Below are positions 12,231-21,505 of a DNA stretch of 64,000 bases, piece by piece. How positions within the stretch are numbered: the first letter of the stretch is position 1; every line of letters begins with the position of its first letter. The translations under genes and the position numbers were made by a program. A model generated the notes under the pieces. That model had not been told where the DNA came from, ran no database searches, and was given only the letters and a program-made list of their open reading frames with translations. Location of the stretch: positions 1,521-65,520 of the forward strand of contig JADGOV010000004.1 in NCBI GenBank assembly GCA_017882785.1, written 5' to 3'. The stretch comes from Frankiaceae bacterium (lineage in GTDB: Bacteria; Actinomycetota; Actinomycetes; JADGOV01).

Positions 12231-13607
12231 CTACCCCGCGCTGACCGCGCCGAACTCGACCTGTGGCGCAGCCACCCCGCCCTCACGCATGGCGGCGTCG
12301 AGGATGTCGACGAGCTCGTTGCGGGTCGGCCCGGGGCTGGCCGCCGGCCGCCAGCCGGACTCGTAGACGGCGCGGGCCAGGGGCTCGACGGGGTCCAGGC
12401 AGGAGGGCAGACCGCGCATCGTCAGGTAGCCGGGGCTCGCGCGACCGATCCGGGGGTCCACCGAGGCGGCGGACAGGATCAGGTCCGACGGCAGCCGCCG
12501 GGTCAGGTCGACATCGCCTCCCTGCCAGCGGCGGACGAGGTCACCGTCCATGTACGTGTGGTCGAGCACCCAGGGCAGCATGCTGTCCGTGCACCACGCG
12601 TCGAACGGCTCGCCCACCAGCGCGGGGTCGGTCCCGGTGTCGAGCAGGGCGAGCAGCTGTCGGACCTGGAGGAAGGTGGTGGCCAGGCCGCGACCGAAGG
12701 TCGGCGTGGTGGTCGCGACCGCGTCACCGACACTTACGAGTCCGGGCAGCGCCGGCCGCCCGTCGACGCCCCGCTGTCCGCGGTAGGCGTTGCGGAGCGG
12801 ACCGCCCGGAAGCACGTCGGTGACCGGCAGAGCGCGGCCCGGGTCCGTCCACTCGGCAAGCCCTGGAATGGCCCGGCAGGCGGCCTCGAAGGCGGCCGGG
12901 TGGCGCAGGTTCTTCAGGGCCGCATCGGCCGTCGGCCGCACCAGCAACACCGAGAAGTGACCACGCTCGTGCAGGAAGACGATCGTCTGGTAGCCGTCGA
13001 AGTCGGCCTGCCAGGCAAGGGGATTGGCCATCGGCCCCGGCTCGGCCCCCTTGCGCAGGCGGTACTGACGGTCGACGTAGGCCATGCCGCACAGGCCGCC
13101 GACGGTCGAGGGCGCGCGCAGATCGTCGGCGGCCCGGCCTGACCGTCCGGACGCGTCGACCACGAGGTCGGCTTCCAGTCGGGAGCCGTCGACCACGACC
13201 CCGCGGACCCACCCACCCGAGGACAGCACGCCGTCCACGTGTCCCTGCTCGACCGAGAGGCCCGACACGTCGTTTGAGATCGTCCGGAGCGCGCGTTCGA
13301 AGGTTTCCCGGCGGGACCGGTATCCGCCGGGCACCGGTCCGATGCCGGGGAGTTCGAAGGTGATCGGTTCGGCACCGAGCGCCAGCCAGGCGGTGAACGC
13401 CGCCGGCCACTCGTCCTGCAGGACAAGGCCCACCTGCGGCCGGAAGCCGTGCGCGTGGTGGAACTGCATCACCCCGCGGCGGGGCCAGCGTCCGTGGCGC
13501 GGTGGGCCGGCGTCACGGTCCAGGGCGACGACCTCGTGGCCGCGGCCGGCCAGGGCACTACCGACGAGCAGACCCGCCGGGCCGGCTCCGATGATGGCGA
13601 CCCGCAT
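12231..13607 (-). CDS. FAD-dependent oxidoreductase (flavin monooxygenase / reductase family).
   Basis: ATG at 13607. MRVAIIGAGPAGLLVGSALAGRGHEVVALDRD is a Rossmann FAD-binding fold; a GRSG motif is also present. It is divergent from the TetR gene. Confidence 0.75.
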   Translation of the reverse strand: MRVAIIGAGPAGLLVGSALAGRGHEVVALDRDAGPPRHGRWPRRGVMQFHHAHGFRPQVGLVLQDEWPAAFTAWLALGAEPITFELPGIGPVPGGYRSRRETFERALRTISNDVSGLSVEQGHVDGVLSSGGWVRGVVVDGSRLEADLVVDASGRSGRAADDLRAPSTVGGLCGMAYVDRQYRLRKGAEPGPMANPLAWQADFDGYQTIVFLHERGHFSVLLVRPTADAALKNLRHPAAFEAACRAIPGLAEWTDPGRALPVTDVLPGGPLRNAYRGQRGVDGRPALPGLVSVGDAVATTTPTFGRGLATTFLQVRQLLALLDTGTDPALVGEPFDAWCTDSMLPWVLDHTYMDGDLVRRWQGGDVDLTRRLPSDLILSAASVDPRIGRASPGYLTMRGLPSCLDPVEPLARAVYESGWRPAASPGPTRNELVDILDAAMREGGVAAPQVEFGAVSAG

Positions 13608-13613
13608 GACAGT

Positions 13614-13661
13614 CCTCCGCACTGATAGTCCCTCGCACTGATAGTCCTCCGCACTGATAGT
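13614..13661. promoter_or_regulatory. Three tandem 16-bp direct repeats in the divergent promoter / 5'UTR region; a candidate operator for the adjacent TetR-family regulator.
   Basis: Minus-strand reading: ACTATCAGTGCGGAGG, ACTATCAGTGCGAGGG, ACTATCAGTGCGGAGG, then ctgtcATG. Each unit carries CTATCAGTG, which matches a tetO half-site (9/9), plus an SD-like GGAGG. The last unit sits 5 nt before the oxidoreductase ATG. Confidence 0.4.
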
Positions 13662-13717
13662 GTGGTGACGACGCCAATGGTGTTGCCAACCGCCGCTCGA
13701 CGTCAAGGGACTTTTCT

Positions 13718-14719
13718 GTGCCCATCCGGCCTACCCGCACACCGACCGGCTCGGAGGTCGACACAGCGCGGCCGGCCTATTCCTCGGCAGTGCGCTCCAA
13801 CCAGGCCCGCGCGACCCGGCGGACCATCGTCGCGGTTGCCGGCGAGCTCTTCGTCGAGCACGGCTACGCTGCCACCACAATCGACGCCGTCGCGGCGCGG
13901 GCCGGTGTCGGCCGCAAGACCGTCTTCTCCTCCGTCGGGGGCAAGGGCGCGCTGCTGAAGCTGGCGTGGGACTGGACGATCGCTGGCGACGACGAGCCCA
14001 TCCCCATGTCCGAGCGTCCCGCTGTGCAGGCGATGCTCGCGGAGCGGGACCCGGGCCGGCTGGTCCGGATGTGGGTCGACATGCTGCTGGACGTGGGCTC
14101 GCGGGCAGCACCGCTCGGGGCCGTCGTCCTCGCCGCGGCCGACGTCGACGCCGAGGCCCGTGCCCTTACTGAGATGATCCGCCGCGAAAGCCTGGCTGGC
14201 GCCACCGCGTTCGTCACCCACCTCGCCGGCGGCGGCGGCCTTCGAGCGGACGTCAGCATCGAACGTGGAGCCGACGCCTGTTGGGCGCTGGTCAATTCCC
14301 TGCTCCTGCACCTCCTCGTGGCCACCCGTGGCTGGTCGCTGCAGGAGTACGGCGAGTGGCTGGTGCAGGTAGCCTCCACGATGCTGCTGGAGCCGGCGGG
14401 CCCCGCGAGGTCACGACCCGCCCTGGACATCCGGACCGTGCACGAGCAGACGCGAGAGCGATACCAGGCATCAGTCGACGGTCGGGTCGCGGGGCACCTG
14501 TCATACCAGCTCACCGAACGGCTCGTCCTGTTCACCCACACCGAGGTCGACCCGGGCTTCGACGAGCGCGGCGTGGCCGACGCGCTGGTGCGCAGGGCGC
14601 TCGATGACCTGCGGGCCGACGGCACGCGTCGCGTCGTCCCCCTGTGTCACTTCGTCGCCTGGTGGATCGGCCGGCACCCCGACTACGCCTCGCTGGTGTA
14701 CGACGCCGCCGCCAACTGA
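13718..14719 (+). CDS. TetR-family transcriptional regulator fused to a C-terminal GNAT-like (PF14542-type) acetyltransferase domain.
   Basis: GTG start. The N-terminal HTH is TIVAVAGELFVEHGYAATTIDAVAARAGVGRKTVF. The C-terminal ~95 aa end with RRVVPLCHFVAWWIGRHPDY, which matches the CPFV…HPEY signature of small GNAT acetyltransferases. Confidence 0.7.
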   Translation: MPIRPTRTPTGSEVDTARPAYSSAVRSNQARATRRTIVAVAGELFVEHGYAATTIDAVAARAGVGRKTVFSSVGGKGALLKLAWDWTIAGDDEPIPMSERPAVQAMLAERDPGRLVRMWVDMLLDVGSRAAPLGAVVLAAADVDAEARALTEMIRRESLAGATAFVTHLAGGGGLRADVSIERGADACWALVNSLLLHLLVATRGWSLQEYGEWLVQVASTMLLEPAGPARSRPALDIRTVHEQTRERYQASVDGRVAGHLSYQLTERLVLFTHTEVDPGFDERGVADALVRRALDDLRADGTRRVVPLCHFVAWWIGRHPDYASLVYDAAAN

Positions 14720-14847
14720 ACGACCAAGTCAGGCACCCAACCGCCCCGAAAGGCCGCCGAGCTGCGTGGACGCCACCCAAGATCACGGTAGCCAGCTAGG
14801 CTTAGGACGGCAGCAGGCGTTGAGTGAGTGTTGAGGGGGGCATCGTG

Positions 14848-17800
14848 ATGTTCCGCCCGCTGCCGGCCCGTGTCGACCTGCCGGCGCTGGAACGGGAGGT
14901 CCTCACCCGCTGGCGAGAGTGCGGTGTGTTCGCCCGCTCGCTGGCCCAGACCGCCGACGGACCGCTTTGGGTCTTCTACGAGGGCCCGCCGACGGCGAAT
15001 GGCCGGCCGGGGACGCACCACACCGAGGCCCGCGCCGTCAAGGACATCTACTGCCGGTTCAAGACCATGCAGGGGTTCTCCGTGCCCCGCCGGGCCGGCT
15101 GGGACTGCCACGGCCTGCCCGTGGAACTGGCCGTGGAGAAGGAACTCGGGTTCACCGGCAAGGGTGACATCGAGGCGTACGGCGTGGCCGAGTTCAACGC
15201 CCGCTGCCGGGAGTCCGTGCTGCGCCACGTCGCCGAGTTCGAGCAGCTGACCGAACGGCTGGGCTACTGGTGCGACATGGCGGATGCCTACCGCACGATG
15301 GACCCGCAGTACATCGAGTCGGTCTGGTGGTCGTTGAAGGTCATCTTCGACAAGGGTCTGCTCGTCCAGGATCATCGAGTGTCGCCGTACTGCCCGCGCT
15401 GCGGCACCGGCCTCTCCGACCATGAGGTGGCCCAGGGCTACCTCATGGTCACCGACCCCAGCGTCTACGTACGCTTCCCGGTGACCAGCGGCGAGTGGGC
15501 CGGGCGGGCGTCCCTGCTGGTCTGGACGAGCACCCCCTGGACATTGATCTCCAACACCGCGGTCGCGGTGCACCCGGACGTGACCTACGTCGCCGCCCGG
15601 GTCACCGGACCGGGTGCTGAGACCCTCATCGTGGCCGAGCCGCTGCGTGCCAGGGTCCTCGGCGAGGACGCCGAGGTGCTCGCCACGATCCCCGGGCGGG
15701 AGCTGGAGCACGTCGGCTACGAGCGGCCGTTCGACCTGCTCGCGATCCCGGACGCGCACTACGTCGGCCTGGCCGACTACGTGACCGTGGAGGACGGGAC
15801 CGGCCTGGTCCACCAGTCCCCAGCGTTCGGCGCGGACGACCTCGAGGTGGCCCGCCGCTACGGGCTGCCGGTGGTCAACCCGGTCGGGCTCGACGGACGC
15901 TTCGCCGCCGACCTGCCACTGGTCGGCGGTCAGTTCTTCAAGTCCGCCGACCCCCACATCGTTGCCGACCTCCGCGCCCGGGGCCTGCTCTACCGCTACG
16001 CCGACTACAGCCACAGCTATCCGCACTGCTGGCGCTGCGACACACCGCTGATCTACTACGCGCTGCCGTCGTGGTACATCCGCACCACCGCGATCCAGGA
16101 TGCGCTGCTGCGGGAGAACGCCGCCACCGACTGGCACCCGCCGCGGGTGAAGACCGGGCGCTACGGCGACTGGCTGGCGAACAACGTCGACTGGGCACTG
16201 TCCCGCAACCGCTACTGGGGGACGCCGCTGCCGATCTGGCGCTGCGCGGCGGAGGGCGACCCGCACCTCACCGTGGTGGGTTCCCTTGCCGAGCTCTCCA
16301 CGCTGGCCGGTGCCGATCTCAGCGGTCTCGACCCGCACCGCCCGTACCTCGACGAGGTCACCTTCCCCTGCCCCGAGTGCGGCTTGCCGGCCAGCCGCGT
16401 GCCGGAAGTGATCGACGCCTGGTACGACTCCGGCGCGATGCCGTTCGCCCAGTGGGGTGCGCCGCACCGCCGCGAGGAGGAGTTCCGCGCCGCCTATCCC
16501 GCCCAGTTCATCGCCGAGGCCATCGACCAGACCCGCGGCTGGTTCTACACGCTGATGGCAGTCGGCACGCTGGTATTCGACCGGTCCTCCTACGAGACAG
16601 TGTTGTGCCTGGGCATCATCCTCGACGAGCACGGTCGCAAGATGAGCAAGCACCTGGGCAACGTGCTCGACCCGTTCTCCCTCTTCGACCAGCACGGTGC
16701 GGACGCGGTGCGCTGGTTGATGCTCTGCGGCGGGTCACCCTGGGCGGACCGGCGGGTCGGCAACGAGCCGCTTGCCGAGGTGGTGCGCAAGGTACTGCTC
16801 ACCTACTGGAACACCGTGTCGTTCTTTACCCTCTACGCCAGCGTCAACGACTGGACCCCGCAGAGCGCGCCCCCACCGGCCGTGGCGGAACGGCCGGCTC
16901 TGGACCGGTGGGCGCTGTCGGAGCTGCACGAGACCGTGCGCGTCGTGACCGATGCCCTGGACGGCTTCGACTCAGCCGGTGCCGGTCGTCGCCTGAGCAG
17001 ATTCATCGACGACCTGTCGAACTGGTACGTCCGCCGCTCCCGCCGGCGGTTCTGGGTCGGTCAGCCCGCAGCGCTGGGCACATTGCACGAGTGTCTGGAG
17101 GTGCTCACCCGCCTGCTGGCGCCGTTCGTCCCATTCGTCACCGACGAGGTGCACCAGCGCATCGTCGGCGACGTCCGGCCCGACCTCCCGGACTCGGTGC
17201 ACCTGCGGGAATGGCCAGTCGGTGACCCCGCCCTGGTCGATGAGCCGCTGGCCGAACAGATGGGGCTCGTACGGCGGCTCGTGGAACTGGGACGCGGGGC
17301 CCGGGCGTCGTCCAAGCTGCCCACCCGCCAGCCGCTGGGCCGGGCCTTGGTCGTGGCCCACGGGTGGGACGGGCTGGCGGCCGACTTGCGGGCGGAGGTG
17401 CTCGAGGAGCTGAACGTCACAGCCGTCGAGGTGGGCAGGGTTGAGGTGGACATCTCGGTCAAGCCCAACTTCCGCGAACTCGGGCGCCGTTTCGGGCCAC
17501 GGACCAAGGCCGTCGCCGCGGCGGTTGCCCAACTGGTCCCGGCGCAGGTAGCCGCAGCCCTGGCCGAGACCGGATCGGTGGGTGTGTGGGTCGGAGGCGC
17601 CGACGAGCCGCCGGAGAGGATCAGCGCGGCCGAACTGCAGGTCACCGAGACGCCACGGGAGGGCTGGGCGGCGGCCACGGCCGCCGGTGAGACCGTGGCC
17701 CTGGACCTCACTCTGACCGCTGAGCTGCGCCGCGCCGGCCGGCTACGGGAGGTTGTCCGGTTGGTGCAGGAGGCCCGGAAGACGACCGACCTGGAGGTGG

Positions 17801-17991
17801 CCGACCGGATCGAGTTGTGGTGGCGGGCCGTCGACCCGGTCACCGCGCAGGCGCTGCGGGAGGGCCGCGAGCACCTGGCCGGTGAGGTGCTCGCAGTCAC
17901 CGTCACCGAGGGCGAACCGCTGGCGGCAATCGTGCCCCACGCCGCGGAGGACCTCGGGCTGACATTCTGGCTGCGCGTCGTGGGCGGTTGA
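14848..17991 (+). CDS. ileS: Isoleucyl-tRNA synthetase.
   Basis: GPPTANGRPGTHH (HIGH-class) and KMSKHLGN motifs, with zinc-finger cysteines. The ATG at 14848 is preceded by GAGGGGGG. The track ORF starts at an upstream GTG, 14824. Confidence 0.95.
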   Translation: MFRPLPARVDLPALEREVLTRWRECGVFARSLAQTADGPLWVFYEGPPTANGRPGTHHTEARAVKDIYCRFKTMQGFSVPRRAGWDCHGLPVELAVEKELGFTGKGDIEAYGVAEFNARCRESVLRHVAEFEQLTERLGYWCDMADAYRTMDPQYIESVWWSLKVIFDKGLLVQDHRVSPYCPRCGTGLSDHEVAQGYLMVTDPSVYVRFPVTSGEWAGRASLLVWTSTPWTLISNTAVAVHPDVTYVAARVTGPGAETLIVAEPLRARVLGEDAEVLATIPGRELEHVGYERPFDLLAIPDAHYVGLADYVTVEDGTGLVHQSPAFGADDLEVARRYGLPVVNPVGLDGRFAADLPLVGGQFFKSADPHIVADLRARGLLYRYADYSHSYPHCWRCDTPLIYYALPSWYIRTTAIQDALLRENAATDWHPPRVKTGRYGDWLANNVDWALSRNRYWGTPLPIWRCAAEGDPHLTVVGSLAELSTLAGADLSGLDPHRPYLDEVTFPCPECGLPASRVPEVIDAWYDSGAMPFAQWGAPHRREEEFRAAYPAQFIAEAIDQTRGWFYTLMAVGTLVFDRSSYETVLCLGIILDEHGRKMSKHLGNVLDPFSLFDQHGADAVRWLMLCGGSPWADRRVGNEPLAEVVRKVLLTYWNTVSFFTLYASVNDWTPQSAPPPAVAERPALDRWALSELHETVRVVTDALDGFDSAGAGRRLSRFIDDLSNWYVRRSRRRFWVGQPAALGTLHECLEVLTRLLAPFVPFVTDEVHQRIVGDVRPDLPDSVHLREWPVGDPALVDEPLAEQMGLVRRLVELGRGARASSKLPTRQPLGRALVVAHGWDGLAADLRAEVLEELNVTAVEVGRVEVDISVKPNFRELGRRFGPRTKAVAAAVAQLVPAQVAAALAETGSVGVWVGGADEPPERISAAELQVTETPREGWAAATAAGETVALDLTLTAELRRAGRLREVVRLVQEARKTTDLEVADRIELWWRAVDPVTAQALREGREHLAGEVLAVTVTEGEPLAAIVPHAAEDLGLTFWLRVVGG

Positions 17992-18156
17992 GCGGCCCCG
18001 CGATCAGGACAGGTTCAGGACAGCCACATCCGGCGCACGTAGACGAAGATGACGACGAGGAGGACGGCCAGGACGACCTTCCACAGCACGCGGCGTTCCG
18101 AGCGGCGATCCCGCGCCAGTTCCTCGGCCGGTGGATCCCGAGGCGGCGGTAGGTCC

Positions 18157-19704
18157 TCACCCACTGCGGAGGTCGACCTGCCCGGTCTTCTCGGTCTTGT
18201 CCCAGCGCATCTCCGCATTGCGCATTTCCGCGATGTAGGCGGTGAGGGTGACCATGCAGAGCAACGGTCCGTAGCCGCCGATGTAGATCAGTAACGGGGA
18301 CAGCCGGCGGAACCTGGTCGACTCCAGTCGCTTGGCCAGCCACGCCACTGCCATGCAGCCGGCCACCCAAGCGAAGCTGAAGATAGTCACCGCCGTACGG
18401 GTCGGGCCGCGCCAGGACGGCCCTATCCACGACATGAAGTGGGCCCCGAGCCAGTCCGCCGCGACCGGGACGCAGGTCAGCAGGATGATCGACAATGAGA
18501 TCGCTCCAGGAAACAGCAGCGCCTCCCGCCAGACCCGCCGGCCGGTCGGCGGATCCAGGGCAAGGGTCAGCGAGGTGATGAAGAGCCAGCTGACCGCATT
18601 CACGATCCACAGCGCGTGGAAGACCTGCCAGGCGCGGCCGACGTCGAGGACGTACAGCAGGAGCAGGCTGAGGCAGGAGGCGATCATCAATGCCGGCAGG
18701 AGCAGCAGGCAGAACCAGAGGATGCCGAAGCCGATGCTGCCCAGCCGATGGTCCGGGGAGGGGCGGAACCACACGCTGCGGAAGCGCCGGGTGACCTGGA
18801 TGTTGCCGCGGGCCCATCGCAACCGCTGCTTGCAGAGCCCACTCAGTGTCGCCGGCTCCTCGGCCCACACGACGGCGTGCGGCTCGAAGACCACCCGTCG
18901 CCCACCGAGCTGGGTGAGGAATGTCGTGACGGTGTCCTCGGCAAGGGTGCTGGGGTCGATCCGGCCGCCGACCGCGATCAGGTTCTCCCGGGTCAGCAGC
19001 TGGGCGCCGCCGGCGAGACAGGCCATCGCGCCGAGAACGTTCTGTGCGCGGCGCCCGCCGGCCTGCGCCGCGGCGTACTCGAAGGCGACGAACCGGGTGA
19101 GGTAGTTCCCCGGCCGGGAGCCTTCCTTGATGTAGGCGGTGACGGCGCCTACCCGCGGATCGGCGAGGTGTCGGGTCATCCGGCGCAGCGACGACGCCTC
19201 GTAGACGACGTCGGCGTCCATGATCAAGAGGGCCTGCATCCAGTCGTCGGCGAGGATCTCGCGCAGGCCGTGGTTGAGGGTGTGCGCCTTGCCTTCCCCA
19301 CCTTTCTCCCGACGTACGTGCACCACCTGCCCATGGTGCCGGCGGGCCAGCGCCTGCACCACCTGCGGCGTGTCGTCGGTGCTGGCGTCGTCGACGACGT
19401 AGACCCGCAGTTGGTCGCCGGGGTAGTCCAGCGACACCAGCCGCTCGATGCTGCAGTCCAGGACCGCGCCTTCGTTCCAGGCTGGCACGAGGATCGCGAC
19501 CCGCGGGCTGGACGGTCCGACGGCGTCGTAGTGGTCGCGCCAGCGGTGCGCGCCGACGAGTAGGAACTGGTAGGCCCCCGCCGCCAGCGGCGCCGCACCG
19601 AGCACCACCAGCACCACGAGCACCCACCAGCCGGACTGCCAAACCGCCTGCCAGGCCGTAGCCCAAGAAGTCGCGGACAATCCATACGGCATCTTGCCGG
19701 CCAT
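18157..19704 (-). CDS. Membrane GT2 processive (synthase-type) glycosyltransferase, PgaC/IcaA/NodC/cellulose-synthase-like.
   Basis: ATG at 19704. An N-terminal TM helix is followed by the GT2 catalytic domain (VYVVDDAS…DAD…QRLRWARG, the QxxRW motif) and C-terminal multi-TM helices. Confidence 0.8.
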   Translation of the reverse strand: MAGKMPYGLSATSWATAWQAVWQSGWWVLVVLVVLGAAPLAAGAYQFLLVGAHRWRDHYDAVGPSSPRVAILVPAWNEGAVLDCSIERLVSLDYPGDQLRVYVVDDASTDDTPQVVQALARRHHGQVVHVRREKGGEGKAHTLNHGLREILADDWMQALLIMDADVVYEASSLRRMTRHLADPRVGAVTAYIKEGSRPGNYLTRFVAFEYAAAQAGGRRAQNVLGAMACLAGGAQLLTRENLIAVGGRIDPSTLAEDTVTTFLTQLGGRRVVFEPHAVVWAEEPATLSGLCKQRLRWARGNIQVTRRFRSVWFRPSPDHRLGSIGFGILWFCLLLLPALMIASCLSLLLLYVLDVGRAWQVFHALWIVNAVSWLFITSLTLALDPPTGRRVWREALLFPGAISLSIILLTCVPVAADWLGAHFMSWIGPSWRGPTRTAVTIFSFAWVAGCMAVAWLAKRLESTRFRRLSPLLIYIGGYGPLLCMVTLTAYIAEMRNAEMRWDKTEKTGQVDLRSG

Positions 19705-19709
19705 GGCGG

Positions 19710-20465
19710 CTAGGCCGCTGCCGCGAGGTCGTCCACCACAGCCCGGACGTAGGACCAGCGCGCCACCTCGGCGGGGGCGTGGGCGTCGCTGCCCGCGGTG
19801 AGCAGGACGCCTTGTCGGGCGAGCATCCGCACGACCCGGCTGGAGGGGCAACGCCACTTCTCGTTGATCTCTACTGCGGACGCGGTACGCCGGCAGGTGG
19901 CGGCGAGGCGGTTGAGGTGCTCCTTGCCCACCGCCGTCTCCGTGAGCCCGCACTTGGGCAGCACGCTGAACAGGTGAGCGATGATCGCTGGGAGCGGTGA
20001 GGATTCCAGTGCCCGCACCGTCGCCTCGATCAGCGCGTCCACAACCGCCGCCGCCGGAAGCTCACCCCGGTCGATGGCGGACCGCACGTCGGCCGGATGC
20101 AGCGGGCCGTCGAGAGCAGGCACCCGGTGGTCGGCGACGAGCACGTAGTCGACGCCGGCCAGCGCGTGGGGCAGGTCAAGTCGCCCCCGGGTGTCCAGGA
20201 TCTTCGCCTCGACCCCGCACCGGACCGGCAGGGCGGCGAGACGGCGGGCTGAGCGCACGGCGCGCACGTACTCCGGCACCCAGTCGGTGTCCGACCGGAC
20301 GTGGTCGCTCACCCCCATTCCGCTGAGGTCGAGACGCTCGGCCTGAGCGATCATGTCGGCAAGCGGGGCGTGCCCGTCGCTGGTTGTCGTGTGCATGTGC
20401 AGGTCCACGGCCAACGCCGGCGGGCTCAGGCCGCGGCTCGCCGTAGGGTCGAGACCGGGGGTCAC
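19710..20465 (-). CDS. PHP-family metal-dependent phosphoesterase (CpsB/HisK-like).
   Basis: DLHMHTTTSDGHAPLADM is the N-terminal PHP motif, and downstream His/Asp metal ligands are present. 251 aa. Confidence 0.65.
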   Translation of the reverse strand: MTPGLDPTASRGLSPPALAVDLHMHTTTSDGHAPLADMIAQAERLDLSGMGVSDHVRSDTDWVPEYVRAVRSARRLAALPVRCGVEAKILDTRGRLDLPHALAGVDYVLVADHRVPALDGPLHPADVRSAIDRGELPAAAVVDALIEATVRALESSPLPAIIAHLFSVLPKCGLTETAVGKEHLNRLAATCRRTASAVEINEKWRCPSSRVVRMLARQGVLLTAGSDAHAPAEVARWSYVRAVVDDLAAAA

Positions 20466-21505
20466 GCCGGCACCGCGACCCGCTGCTCGCCGCGCCTGAG
20501 CAGGTCATCGACCTCGCTCACCGGCACGTAGCGTTCCGCCCAGTAGCGCACGACGGCGATGTCCCGATACGCCAGCGACGTCGGCAGCGGCCGGCCCAGC
20601 AGGTCGTGCAGGGCCCATGCGGGCAGGTCAACACCGGCCTGCACGGTAAGAGGCATTGTCCCGGGAAAACGCGGGTTCACTTCCAGCAGTGCAGGACGCC
20701 CGGCCGAGTCCGCACGACACTGCACGTTGGCCACCCAGCGCAGGCCGACCGCTCTGGCCACCCGCTTGCCGAAGTCCTCCAGGGCCGGATCGCTGACCGT
20801 CCGTGCGGCGACGGCGATCCCGGAGTCCACCTTGTCCCGCCGCCGCGGCACCACGGCCACGACGCGGCCCGGGCCGGCGAGCACGTCGAGGGACCACTCC
20901 GCCCCCGGCAGCAACTCCTGGACGATCATCGAGCCGTCCCGCGGGAGGTCGGCCAGGCCGGCTGGGGCGGTGACCTGCGCTACCCCGCGCCCGCCCGCCC
21001 CCCGCCGAGGCTTGACCACGACGGCCCCGGTGAGCCCCGCGGCCGCGAGCGCCCCGTCATCGAGCCCATGATCGAGGACTCGGGTGTGCGGCACGCGCAC
21101 TGCGCCGGCACAGACCCGGACGAGCGTCGCCTTGTCCAGGGTTCGGGCCAGCGTGGCGGGTGACTCGACGAGGACCCGGACCCCGTGCTGGGCGAAATCC
21201 GCGACCCGGCGACTTATCGGTGCCAGCTCGACGTCGACGGTGGGCACCAGCACGTCGACCTTGTGCCGCACGCACGCCGCGAGCAGGGCCGTGGTGAACT
21301 CGGGAGCGTCACCACGCGGCAGCAGCTCTCGGCGAGTCGGCGGAACCAGATACAGCCCCGCCGCGTACGGATCGAGGTCGGCCGCGATGAGGTCCACCCG
21401 GTCTTCGAGGTCGCGCAGGAAGGCCACCGCTGCGGCACCGCCGGCACCGGTGACCAGCACCCGCAGCCGGCGGCCCTGCGGGCCGCTGAGATCAGGTGAG
21501 GGCAC
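20462..21505 (-). CDS. ATP-grasp domain protein (carboxylate-amine ligase family). The start may be the internal GTG at 21460.
   Basis: Shows a pre-ATP-grasp region and the ATP-grasp fold (…VVKPRRGAGGRGV…IVQELLPG…LEVNPR…), resembling CPSase/RimK-like ligases. Confidence 0.65.
   Translation of the reverse strand: MPSPDLSGPQGRRLRVLVTGAGGAAAVAFLRDLEDRVDLIAADLDPYAAGLYLVPPTRRELLPRGDAPEFTTALLAACVRHKVDVLVPTVDVELAPISRRVADFAQHGVRVLVESPATLARTLDKATLVRVCAGAVRVPHTRVLDHGLDDGALAAAGLTGAVVVKPRRGAGGRGVAQVTAPAGLADLPRDGSMIVQELLPGAEWSLDVLAGPGRVVAVVPRRRDKVDSGIAVAARTVSDPALEDFGKRVARAVGLRWVANVQCRADSAGRPALLEVNPRFPGTMPLTVQAGVDLPAWALHDLLGRPLPTSLAYRDIAVVRYWAERYVPVSEVDDLLRRGEQRVAVPA

Noticed and set aside
13614-13661. 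Tandem repeats near the TetR gene, ftsQ and ftsL as CRISPR arrays.
   Set aside because: Repeat units are 6-16 bp with no spacers and there are no cas genes. They are simple tandem repeats.
14720-14847. T-box leader upstream of ileS (actinobacterial ileS genes often have one).
   Set aside because: Only 128 nt separate the upstream stop from the ileS ATG, and I could not find the T-box consensus (AGGGUGGNACCGCG) or a convincing specifier-loop arrangement. The region is left uncalled and could be rechecked with an Rfam RF00230 scan.
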